Assembly: GCA_002269645.1 (NCBI GenBank)
Contig: NIVC01003874.1
Span: 1 to 36,011, forward strand
Direction of reading: 5' to 3'
Source of the DNA: Macrostomum lignano
Taxonomy: Eukaryota
DNA length: 36,011 bases
Shown here in pieces: positions 1 to 10,523 of the stretch. Below the pieces are notes generated by a model. That model was not told where the DNA came from and ran no database searches. It worked only from the letters and a program-made list of their open reading frames with translations. How positions within the stretch are numbered: the first letter of the stretch is position 1; every line of letters starts with the position of its first letter. Both the position numbers and the translations under genes were made by a program.

Positions 1-171
1 TCCCACCGGAACAGCACTCTGCGTTTTTATTAACCCACGTTTTAGCAAGAGCAAACTGGTTTTTTCTGACTCTAATCAAAACAGAATAAACGTACCGGAT
101 GAAGAAAACCAACATAACAAGCCAAACACAATGAGTTGAAAGTAACAAAAAAATCTGGTGCCTGCTTTCAT
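1..171 (-). CDS. 5' end (signal-peptide exon 96-171 and start of CUB1 exon 1-18) of a third paralog running off the window
   Basis: ATG at 171-169 gives MKAGTRFFCYFQLIVFGLLCWFSSS, then a 77-nt GT-AG intron (19-95), then ECCSGG. Colinear with 15636-15806. Confidence 0.8.
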
Positions 172-973
172 CGCAGTCTGGTTCAGCTGCAGGGCGCTGC
201 GGGCATGGCATACGAGCTAGTAAGCGGAAAACTGCTGTTTCAATGTGCCTGTTCGTATTTATGCGCGTTAATCTTCTTTCCACTAAATTAAATCAACTTC
301 CAGTAAACAGGCCGAACATCAAATTTAGACAGCTTTTAATTTAAGTATATGAAACCAAATCTGGCAATATCTAGGCAACTTTTCCACAAATGTCTATAGG
401 CTAATTTTGACACAAGACTTCCAATTTTCGCTGATTTTGGTTTCGAGTTTATCCGTATCGAACGTAATAAATCATAAATATTGTGATACAGAATGCCTTG
501 AAGGTAAAAGTGTGCCGTATCTCAACACTTCATTTCAGAAATCACCCCCTGAAGTATTTCTGGTGTTTTGGTCATATCAATATGAGAATCGATATCATAT
601 CTTCATAACTTGCTATCAAAGCATAGCGAAGTTTAGTACATTTTAATTAACTCGTTGGTCTTGCAAGAAATCCCAGGTGCAAATTAAAACTGTTGACTGG
701 GTTGGATGGTTGAAATCAGGACTGGGTTGAAAACACATCACATGTCTTCCAACTGCCAAACAGCTTACTCGTTGTTACTCGTATATAAGTGTCTTCACAG
801 AAACTCTCCGTTTAAAAAAAGTTGGGATGGAAATTTATGCATGCCTGACACATGACAGCATCGTCTGTTTATTCTTCTCGTCTACCTTTTTATTCCATTT
901 TCGTTGCCTTCAAACTTCAGCCTGTACACTCAGCAATCAAGGTGATAGCGTAAAAAATTCAAATAATTTTCAG

Positions 974-1104
974 CCTAACCCTAACCCTAACCTACCTACC
1001 TACCTACCTAGCTACCTACCTACCTACCTACCTACCTACCTACCTACCTAGCTACCTACCTACCTACCTACCTACCTAGCTACCTACCTACCTACCTACC
1101 TACC
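974..1104 (+). repeat. Telomere-like CCCTAA repeats grading into (CCTA)n microsatellite
   Basis: cctaaccctaaccctaacctacctacc... with occasional cctagct variants. Confidence 0.9.
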
Positions 1105-1540
1105 CATTGTACCAGCCTGCTTCTCGTATCTTGCAGATGCTCCAGTCTATAAATCATTTCCTACTTTAAAACTGTCCCTAATAAGTCATGTAATTAGACT
1201 ATTCCGGCTTCATTGGGAACAAGCTTACTTCGTAAAAGCAAAAGTAAACAATTTTACAGTTTTGTTGAAAACTGCGGCAGTATTTTTATTATAAACGAGT
1301 TAATATAATTACAGGTATGACATCTCTAAGCTAATAATATTTTTTTGCGTAATCTACTCTTTGCAACATTGTTAGACGCTGACCCGAAATCGGGCCATTC
1401 CCGTCGGGAACGGGTGTGCTGAGATGATGGTTGATTTGCTATAGACTTTTGCAAACGCGCGGCCGTTCGCTTCGGGGCTGGCGGGATGACCCGAAATCGG
1501 GCCATCTATGTAGCTCGTTCTTCAAAGACAGTGCAGATCG

Positions 1541-1914
1541 GTGAGCGCGTCCACACCATCTCCAGCTCCCGGTCATGGGTCCGAGCTCAGCAGCCGCTCT
1601 CAAATTGCGCCCCGTGGCTGCGCCCCGACATCACTGGCAGCTGAATCAAATTTTCGATACGTTTCAGAGCTTTCCCGTATTCTTAGTTCGTCAGAGCGGC
1701 CATTTTGGTGGCCCTCCGACTCAGTGGAGGTTCGCCACCGCCTGCAGCGTTTGTTTCGCAAGACCGGAATGGAAACTTCCAGCTTCTCTGCGCACTCGCT
1801 CCGACGTGGTGGAGCGACGTTTGCTTTCAATGCTGGGAGATTGGCGCAGCTCGGCGATTTCGCGGGTACATCTCTGCTGGCAGTGCCAGTAACCTAGCGA
1901 AGGTCAGAACCTAG
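1541..1914 (+). mobile_element. Decayed tyrosine recombinase C-terminus (DIRS/Ngaro or Crypton-like)
   Basis: FSAHSLRRGGATFAF (H-x-x-R motif), then after frameshifts LGDWRSSA and FRGYI (position of the catalytic Tyr). No RT sequence, so the family cannot be resolved. Confidence 0.8.
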
Positions 1915-2526
1915 CGGCTCTTCGGTCTATGTCTGCTGGCCTTTACTCGTACCGTTCTTCTCTTGCTCCTTCTTTCCTTTGAGTCGCCTGCTTTTCAGAG
2001 TCTGGGTTGCTTCCTGCTCATTAATTTATACATGTATTCTCCGTCATCCACGTTCTGCTGTTTCTGTCTTCATCAAAGTGCCTAAACCCATAGAAAACTT
2101 TTTAGCAATTGGCATAAACTTCTACGATTCGGTGTCAGCCCTTAATGATGAGTCTAGTGAATGAGGCTTATTAATTCATTAACGAATAGAAACGCTGTAA
2201 TAGTTATACAGATTATACTGATTGTTATACAGACATAATGATTTTTTTACCAAAGTATATCAACTGATTGGCTCAACTGATAATATGGCTTTTTAAAACG
2301 TTCAGATTCTGCATTTTTGTCAAACAAAACTTTGGCCAATCTTTATCATGAGAAAGAAAAGCTGCAATGCAAGTGAACTCCAGGGCTTCTAACCTTCAAA
2401 TATAAGCAGGAAAATGTACCTGACACCCAACATTCGAATTCGCTTAAAGGCTAAAGCGATAAAACATTTACTGCACCGGAAGTGGTAGCCCAGTGGTCTA
2501 GCGCGGCGCTCCGATGTGCCGCGGCC

Positions 2527-2580
2527 AAGCGACTGCACCTGGAATCGAGCCTGGGCCGCTGACCAGTAGGCTACGGCCCT
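2527..2580 (-). mobile_element. SINE head-only fragment
   Basis: Minus strand AGGGCCGTAGCCTACTGGTCAGCGGCCCAGGCTCGATTCCAGGTGCAGTC. Confidence 0.6.
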
Positions 2581-2592
2581 CTTCGCGATGCA

Positions 2593-3215
2593 TGAGCTCA
2601 GCAGCCGCTTTCTAATTGTGCCTTGTTGCTGCGCTCGGACATCTCTGGCAGCTGAATCGCCTTCTCGATGCGTCTCAGAGCTTCCACTTATTCTCAGTTT
2701 TGTCAGAGCCGCAATGTTGGTGGCCCCCCGACTCAGCAGCGTGTCTGACACCGTCTAAATCGCCTGTTTTTCAAGACCGTACTGGAAGCTTTCTGGGAGA
2801 TTGGCACAACTCGGCGGTTTCGTGGGTACATCTCTGAGTGGCAGTGCCGGTAACCTAGCAGCTAGCTCTTTGCTTTTACTCGTACTGTTTTCCCTTTCCT
2901 TTTTGCGCGCCGGTTTTTTTTAGTTTGTGTTGCTTCCCTACTCGTTCATTTATACTCGCTGTCTTTCACGTTATGCTATAATATCAGTCTTCGTCACTTC
3001 GCCTAACCCTAAATAACTTCTACTATTCGAAGTCAGCGTTTAAGATGAGTCTAGTAAATTGAGTTTATAAATTTCGTTCACGAATAGATACACTGTAACA
3101 GTTATTTAGATTGATATACAGAAATCGCGTAATATTATTTTCTTAGTGAAATGCATCAGCTGATTAGTTTAACCGACGATACATGTATGGCCTTTTAAAA
3201 ACTTCAGGTTCTGCA
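2593..3215 (+). mobile_element. Second, more decayed copy of the tyrosine-recombinase fragment plus its 3' non-coding tail
   Basis: gagctcagcagccgct..., ctgggagattggc...gggtacatctct and gatgagtctagt...aacgaataga are paralogous to 1580-2300. Confidence 0.7.
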
Positions 3216-3217
3216 GC

Positions 3218-3500
3218 TAAAACTGCCCATTCCGCCGACTCCCCTGAGCAGGCATACAAGCGCGCGGATACGTACGCAGGCACACACTCACACAGGAGTG
3301 TACAGCGGCCCTAACTTTATTTTATCGTTAGGCATGTACACTTCACTGCGCCTTGGGGGGTTGGCCCTCAAGGCCGTTAATTGCACGAGCAGAGCCAAGC
3401 CGAGATTCCAATTCAGCCCCAAATTAATGTGACTGCACTTGGAATCGAGCCTGGGTTGCTGGCACACCAGAGCCTGCGCTGCCGCTGGGCTACGGCCCCC
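3218..3500 (-). mobile_element. tRNA-derived SINE, unit A ortholog with 3' end deleted
   Basis: GGGCCGTAGCCCAGCGG...GGCTCGATTCC head. One TSD remains (aacatcacggctt at ~3502-3514); the other was lost in a deletion at ~3217. Confidence 0.75.
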
Positions 3501-4223
3501 TAACATCACGGCTTATAAACTTCGATTATAAACAGGAAAATTTACCTGAAAACTAATTTTTCGAATTTTATAAAGAAACAAATAAAGTCAAAGCCGCTGT
3601 ACACTCCTGTGTGAGGGTTGCTCGTGTGTATGCCTGCTCAGGGGAGTCGCTTAAGTGACAATGTCGCTTAAACGCCTAAAGTGCGCCAGGGTTGGATGCA
3701 CGCAGCCTTTAAATAACCGTATGGTAAATCGTTGCTTCTAGACGACAGAAAACTATGCGTGTGCACGTATCGTGCAGTTTTGTATTAACATGCAAAGGAA
3801 GTAAAACGGACATTTCATTTTATCGCAAGCTTTTCGACGGTACCTGTTGTTCCGTTGGCAACGGAATTAAAATGTAAAAACAAACTGTTGCAACACAGAG
3901 CTGCTGCATTAGGAAATTACGTTGTCATTCGTAACTTTTCGCAAGTACAAATATCCAGTATGAAATATGGTATTCTAGCGTACAGTCACCGAGAGTCAAG
4001 GCTGAAAATTATTTGACTTTTTTTACGCTATCACCTTGATTGCTGAGTGTACAGGCTGAAGTTTGAAGGCAACGAAAATGGAATAAAAAGGTAGACGAGA
4101 AGAATAAACAGACGATGCTGTCATGTGTCAGGCATGCATAAATTTCCATCCCAACTTTTTTTAAACGGAGCGTTTCTGTGAAGACACTTATATACGAGTA
4201 ACAATACAACAGCTTCAGCTTAT

Positions 4224-4649
4224 TTGCAGGCTGTCACCAAACATCAAACTTCATCTGCATTCGCACATTCAGGTGACCTCCTGGCGTGTAAATTTGTCGA
4301 CTGGAAGCTAAGCAGCATCAAGACTCTGCATTTGCTGGACACGGCGGGCAAGGCAGAATGCGTTCAGGTTCGCGGTGGTGCAATGCAGGTGGTGCAAAAG
4401 CCTGCCAGCGTGCTTGCCTACTCTTCCAGCATGGCCGGGATTGACCATTTGGACGCCTCAATGCACCCGTATCTCGCGAACCGAAAGAGCATGCGCTGGT
4501 TCCACACGCTGGGATTTCATCTTCTTGCGATGCTTGTGCGGAAATCGTGGGTGATCTACCGACAGTCCGGTGGCACAAAGACCTTTCTGCATTTTGAGGC
4601 TGGCAATAAAGAGTCTGGTGAAGGACACTGGGACCAGTGGGACAACTAA
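4224..4649 (+). mobile_element. piggyBac-family transposase C-terminal fragment
   Basis: KPASVLAYSSSMAGIDHLDASMHPYLANRKSMRWFHTLGFHLLAMLVRKSWVIY matches the PGBD pattern KP...YN..MgGVD..D....Y...rk..kW..... Truncated at the 5' end by the inverted-repeat arm. Confidence 0.85.
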
Positions 4650-5210
4650 GTGGGGCGTACAGTGGGCGGTGTGCGCCCTCGCAGCCGCCTGTGAGGGCAG
4701 TCGGTAAATATTTTTATTTACACTTTACAATGAAATATGATCTGATTTTTCAATGAGAAATGGTGATTTTTTACTCGTAATACTTTATATAGCCTTAATA
4801 TGGACGATTTTTTTAATCCTAATCGAAGCCGCCCGGTGATCGCCCGGCGGCCTATGAGACGGCAACCTAAATTTGGCGTGTTTCATGTTCAAGGCAGCTT
4901 TATTTAATAGCACTGCCCTTTCAGCCTAGCGGGAGAACCGTTTTTTTATCACAAAAATAGGTGGCTACTCTTTACAATAAACGTTAGGGCTATATTTGCT
5001 GTTGCCTAGTGCCAACATTGTGAAATAATTTTTTTCGGAAAGATGTGTGAAGTTTCATAAAATTTAAATGCGCATCAGACTACTTTTAGTAGCGTAGAGC
5101 TAAGAGCCCCCGAGAACAAATTTTTGTTTGCAGTCGAAAGAAAATTAAAAGCATCAAATTGACGATAAATTTATACATGTAAATATTTGCGCTTTTAGAA
5201 AGCGGGCTTT

Positions 5211-5532
5211 TAGAGAGGAGAGAGTAGAGAGGAGAGAGGGTAGAGAGGAGAGAGGGTAGAGAGGAGAGAGGGTAGAGAGGAGAGAGGGTAGAGAGGAGAG
5301 AGGGTAGAGAGGAGAGAGGGTAGAGAGGAGAGAGGGTAGAGAGGATATAGGGTAGAGAGGAGAGAGGGTAGAGAGGATATAGGGTAGAGAGGAGAGAGGG
5401 TAGAGAGGAGAGAGGGTAGAGAGGAGAGAGGGTAGAGAGGAGAGAGGGTAGAGAGGAGAGAGAGAGGGAGAGAGGGTAGAGAGGAGAGAGGGTAGAGAGG
5501 AGAGAGGGTAGAGGGGAGAGAGGGTAGAGAGG
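5211..5532 (+). repeat. 16-bp polypurine minisatellite (AGAGGAGAGAGGGTAG)n, about 20 units
   Basis: Read directly from the sequence; it produces the spurious ORF 5210..5680. Confidence 0.95.
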
Positions 5533-6473
5533 AGTGGAGCAATGCTATGTGGGATTGAGTGAAAAACTGTCTTAGTTTTTTGCTTTTTGGGTTCGAAGAT
5601 TTGAAATTCGGAAATTTGAGGTAGCTTAAAGCCACCTTAGTGAATTTTGGGGGAAGGGGGTTACTAGGCCGAAACTTCACATTGCCGAGTATGCTCTTCC
5701 ATAAGGTTCGGCCTAGTGAAAGAGAGTGCTTTTCGGCAAAGTGAAATTTTTGCCTAATGAAAGCGCCCCGTGAATTTGTTTAGGTTGTAAATTTTTTGGA
5801 GTTTGTAATATTTGTACGTTTGTAACTCAAACTGTAATGTGATTGTGAAAGTATATATTTGCTAAAAATACAAACCCTTTCGTTTCAGATGACACACAAA
5901 TCTCGTATTATAGATAGTTACAAGCAGATACTGTTGTTCATTGTAGTAAATGTAAGACAGGACAAGTATGCAAAACAGATTGGGCGTCGTTGTTGAAAGG
6001 CTAAACTTTGTAATTAAAATGTAAAAAATATAGTAACTGTAACATTCACATGGGTAATAACGGCTTAATAAGCCTTAAAAGAGTTAGTAACCAGTTAATG
6101 AAACACGTTGATAAAAATTTAGTTCAATTATTCGAACATATAGTTCTCAACACTCAAATTTGATCAATTTAACTGTCGTTAATGCTGAAATTATTGACAC
6201 ACCCAACTCAATGCCAAGAAATGAACGAACTTTATTTTCAGAAGAAAGCTCTCTTGGGGGTTCGGATCTGTGGTGTCTTTTGGGAATTTAGCTGGCCTCT
6301 ATTCAGTGGTGTTAGCGCAGAAAAAGGGTGACAGGGGATACAGAAAATGCAAGGGAATGGGGAATCCTATATTTTCGATATTGTACAGGCCCACTCCCTC
6401 CACTCCCCAAGGGATTCAAATTTCTGGCTGGGCCAAATATGTTCCTTTTCGAAGCCATTCATTGAAGGGGGGT

Positions 6474-6630
6474 TTCACAAACTCGAAATTTCACAACGTC
6501 GAAAGCACCTTCTTTCACACAATCGAAATTTCACATGGTCGAAATTTCATAACATCGAAAACTCAAATAGCAGCCACTTTCACAAGGTCGAAACTTCACA
6601 AGGTCGAAATTTCACAACATCGAATTCGAA
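6474..6630 (+). repeat. Degenerate ~16-bp repeat (TCGAAATTTCACAAGG-like), probably internal to a non-autonomous DNA element; unit B copy 22257-22413
   Basis: Repeated tcgaaa(t/c)ttcaca motifs. Similar ccgaaacttcaca motifs occur at ~5670. Confidence 0.75.
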
Positions 6631-8276
6631 AACTTTAGCAAGAGACTTCACCAACTACTTTTAGCAAAAAGCGGGCAGTGTGTTGGTGGGGAAGTATGTA
6701 TCAGTTTATTTCGAACTGTATTGCGAGAGAGATATTATAGCGTTTGTCTTCTTTGTCCATGAGTACGGGCTTGTAAAAACGATTGATTTATCAACTGCGA
6801 GCTTTTGTATGACGGACACTGCATACTTGCCACTAGAATTAGCTGCAAGGCTTCCCGGAATATGGGTGCAGAAGGGAGGTGTTGCCGTCCATTCCGCAGA
6901 CCCCTGGCGATCACGGGCAGCTGGTGCTACTGTGTCGCGCAGGGAGATCCCGTGGTGCCGGTGTTCTCAGTTCTGTCCCCCTCCAGGAGGTGAGTGATCG
7001 GTCGCCCGGTAGCCCTGGACGAGGTGGCAGAAATTCCCGTGCTTGAAACTGTCGAAAAAATCCAGATTTGCGCCGCGGTGAGCCTGTCCTAAATAAAGAG
7101 GAGGCATTCTAAAATTAAATGCTTCCTTGAACTGACCAGCCATGACCTGAGATAGCCGTGGTCACCGCCTTGGTGCCAGACTGCGGTTGATTCCAAGCAA
7201 GGCCTGCGGAGGGCAGGAGGAAGAGGGGATCCTGCCGGCAGAGCTGAACTATCGGCGGTTATCTCTCCTTGTGCTTCGTTGCACCCCCACAAGTGGTTAC
7301 AATAGCAGTGGGATGGAGGCCACAGGCAGGGGGTCAAAGAAAGGGCTAATTGGTGATTGGTCATCTCGTTGTTGGGTTGATCCGAGTGCCCGGGGATCCG
7401 TTGTTGGCAAAGTAAATCATGTTGATCAAACGCTCCCCGAATAAGTTCAGTTCGCTTTGTCATCAGAAGGCCTATTTTGAGTGGCTCTTAATGATCCTGC
7501 TTTCAAAAGAACAACCGTTCTTGATCGAGTTAAGTTTATTGACAGTTTAATTTATTTTTGCGAGCAATTTACCTAGAAACCATAATTGACAATCTGTATG
7601 TATCTAAGGATGAATAGAAACTTAAATAGGAGAATTCAGAATGATAAATTTGAATTTCTGTTGGAATTTCACAGACTCATACAATTTTGTTAATATGCAA
7701 TAAAAAGCTTTGCACATCAACTCGAAATTGAGATAATTAATTTTGCAAAAATCAATATTTTATGGTATTTTGTGTTGACAATTTGTTCATATTCGTTCAT
7801 TCATTAACTGATGACTTTTGAGGTTGATTGTTCTGCAAACAGAAAAACTTGATTTCTTCTATGCATGAACGAAGATCTATGGATGGATGAATATCAGTTA
7901 AAACCGCGCTGTTAGTCAAGGAACTTTAGTGTCTTTTTAGATTTAAATTTTAGAGACTAGATTACGATCAACAATAAGCGCGTGGGTATGTTCAAATTTC
8001 ATTATCGTAAAAAATGTATTCATTCGCGGAGTAATTTTAATGTTTGTTAAAACTCACGAAGTTGCCTTGAAATCGGGGTAGGTTCAATTTCATTGCGTCA
8101 GCTGCCTTGGCTTCCCACCGCTTCATCGATCTGATCGTCCTGACGAGAACGCATTTAAAAACTATGGGGTCGTACTCTAAAGCTGTCGTAGCGTAAGTTT
8201 GATCGTACGTAGGAACTTTTACACTGTGGAGATAGGAGTTAAAAACGATCTTATCGTATATATCGGGCCCTATATA

Positions 8277-8430
8277 CTCAGTAACACCGAAAAGTCTCCA
8301 TCACCGAAGATTCCTTCGAGGTCGTCACTTTTGAGAGTGCAGGTAAAGTCTCTGAATCTTTGCGAGTGACGCAACTTAGCTACGCCACGACAGACTTGAG
8401 TTGATGAATGAAGTGGGGGGAGCGGTGTGC
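8277..8430 (+). mobile_element. Left end of a related Tc1-like element
   Basis: TA followed by ctcagtaacaccgaaaagt resembles the Tc1 TIR at 10524. The motif ttgcgagtgacgcaac is shared (8360-8375 and 10578-10593). Confidence 0.45.
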
Positions 8431-9204
8431 GAGGGTTGGAAGGATTAAAGCTACCCGATCAGTTTTCTAGTATTTTTTTCAGAATTACTAGAAGTTCAAG
8501 AGAAATTGCTCATTGGAGCAAAGAGTGGCGACTTTTCAATGTTGCTGAGTGCAAATAGCATTGCGAACTTATGGGTTCGGAGACCGAGGGAAGTTGATTG
8601 CAAGTTTATAAGACAATAGAGCGTGCCCTTTAGCTGAAGTGCATACGACTAGAGAGTAGCGTGCACAGCCATTATACGGGTTGGTGCGTGACCAAGAAAA
8701 TGAATTACCTAATGAGTCAAAAAACGTTTAAGAGTGAAATTGCACAAACTAAAGAACAAGTAACTGTAAAAAAACTAATTTGATCGAAAGATAAAATAAT
8801 CTCGCGGTGGATCTGACAATCCGACGACACATCTACGATCGTACTTCATTTTATCAAGGCTTTAGGCTTGATAGCTTGAGTATGCTTTATTCTTAGCCAA
8901 GTTTTTTACTCGGCCTGTGTCTTCAGCGTGCCAAAATCTACTGCCAATGAAGTTTTTGCCACCATTGGAGAACTTTTTCATTTGAATGTCGTCGTATACA
9001 TAACCTCCCATGGTTGCAATTTAACTTGGACGCTTACAGGATCTGAGATATCTGCAGGTATGCCCTGATAAGCAAGCTGTCTCGCTGTCGTTTCTGTTTT
9101 TTTATAGTAAGCTGTACAAATGGTATGCTAACAGAGATCAGCTACTAATACATGTGTGCAATACGGGTAAGATAAAAAAATAAGAAAAAAGTTTCGTCAC
9201 AAAA

Positions 9205-9501
9205 CCAGCGAGAGACATTACTGCCCATTCCCACGACTCCCCTGAGCACAATCGCACGGACACGTACGCAGTCACACACACAGGCATACTCTCACACAGG
9301 AGTGTACAGCAGCCCCAACTTTATTTAATTATCGTCTGGAATGTACACTTCACTGCGCCTTGTGATTGGCCCTCAAGGCTGCTAATTGCATGAGCAGAGC
9401 CAAGCTGAGATTCCAATTAGGACTTCAATAAATGTGACTGCACTTTGACTCGAGCCTGGGCCGCAGACACTACCTCACTATAGATCACTGGGCTACGGCC
9501 C
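9205..9501 (-). mobile_element. Diverged member of the same SINE family (unit B copy 25015-25400)
   Basis: GGGCCGTAGCCCAGTG head and a shared body (ttggctctgctc.tgcaatta..gccttgagggcc...aaggcgcagtgaagtgtaca). No clear TSD. Confidence 0.7.
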
Positions 9502-9739
9502 GGTGTAATTAAATTTTTATTGCTTGAGCCATCAAGCGAAATGCGAATGCCTAGTGTCAGGTACGAGCGTACATTACATTTTCCGGTTTATATTTGAAGT
9601 TTATAAGCCCTTGCACCCCTTGCACTGCGGCAAGGAAGAATTTAATGTTTCACATGATAAAAATTGGCCAAAATTCTGTTGGCAAAATGGATGCGCAGCA
9701 TTTTTATGCATAAGCTTTGGTGTTCATGTACAGCTAGAC

Positions 9740-9990
9740 TGTTTGCGAATAAACTGCAGAGCCTAAACGTTTTAGAAAGCCATATTATCAGTAAATTAAT
9801 CGGTTGATGTATTTCAGTAAATAACTTTAATAGCTTGTAGTATAACTCTTATAGTACAGTCTGTATAATTGTTACAGCGTTTCTATTCGTTATTGAATAT
9901 ATTAATAAACTTCGTCACTAGACTCCACCCAAACGCTGACACCGAATCTTAGAATTTCATGCGGTTTTAATGAATACCCGAGTCCAAGCG
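9740..9990 (-). mobile_element. Inverted third copy of the YR-element 3' tail (unit B copy ~25640-25910)
   Basis: ttacagcgtttctattcgtta...cactagactc...gctgacaccgaatc is the reverse complement of 2125-2205 (gattcggtgtcagc...gagtctagtg...aacgaatagaaacgctgtaa). Confidence 0.65.
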
Positions 9991-10523
9991 AACTAAGCTA
10001 ATACTTTTTCTAAGCTAGAGCTACTATACTATCTTTAGTAGGCTGTCACTTCTGTAAGGACAAGAAACATCTATAAATAAAATAACTTATAATAGCAAAC
10101 GGATATACATGTTGCTAAAGACTTGATGCTAAAGATTGATGAAATTTACAGACTTATTAATTTTAAATCTAAATTTCAATTGCAATAATCTCGCAATAAC
10201 TTTAAACACCAAACCAAACAGACGAAAAACTTCAGTAGAAATAAATTGGCGTGATTATACTTCTTATCAAATATTTTAAAACCGTCGATTCGCAATTTCA
10301 AATTTTCATCAAGGTCAAAAACACAGAATTTAATCAATCATTTTATCTATTGGATTGCAAAGTTATTTATTGATGATCAATGTTGTTTTAATTAGTGCTC
10401 TACAGTTGAGCATTACCTACCTTGAGTAAATGACAAGATAATTGGTTTTACTTTATACTATATAAAGCATCAGGACCATCAGGAGTACAGGAGAGGCTAT
10501 TACATCGGGTTAATATTGATATA

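Larger units (their letters stand above)
772..4223. repeat. Pair of ~200-225 bp inverted repeats (772-976 and 3999-4223), unit A; left arm 5'-truncated
   Basis: ttgttactcgtatataagtgtc...ttttcagcct is the reverse complement of aggctgaaaatt...gacacttatatacgagtaacaa. The shared peptide ACLTHDSIVCLFFSSTF appears in opposite-strand ORFs 827..1051 and 4009..4209. Confidence 0.88.

Noticed and set aside
974-1104. True chromosome telomere
   Set aside because: Only 2-3 hexamers, internal position, repeated in every unit.
5210-5680. 156-aa Leu/Ser/Pro-rich ORF
   Set aside because: Translation of the 16-bp minisatellite; not retained at this length in unit B.
6270-6664. Overlapping 122-aa and 105-aa ORFs
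   Set aside because: Low-complexity translations of the TCGAAATTTCACA repeat with no recognisable domain.
7478-7520. Histone mRNA 3' stem-loop (gtggctct...aaaaga)
   Set aside because: The 6-bp stem and 4-nt loop are not formed, and there is no histone coding sequence nearby.
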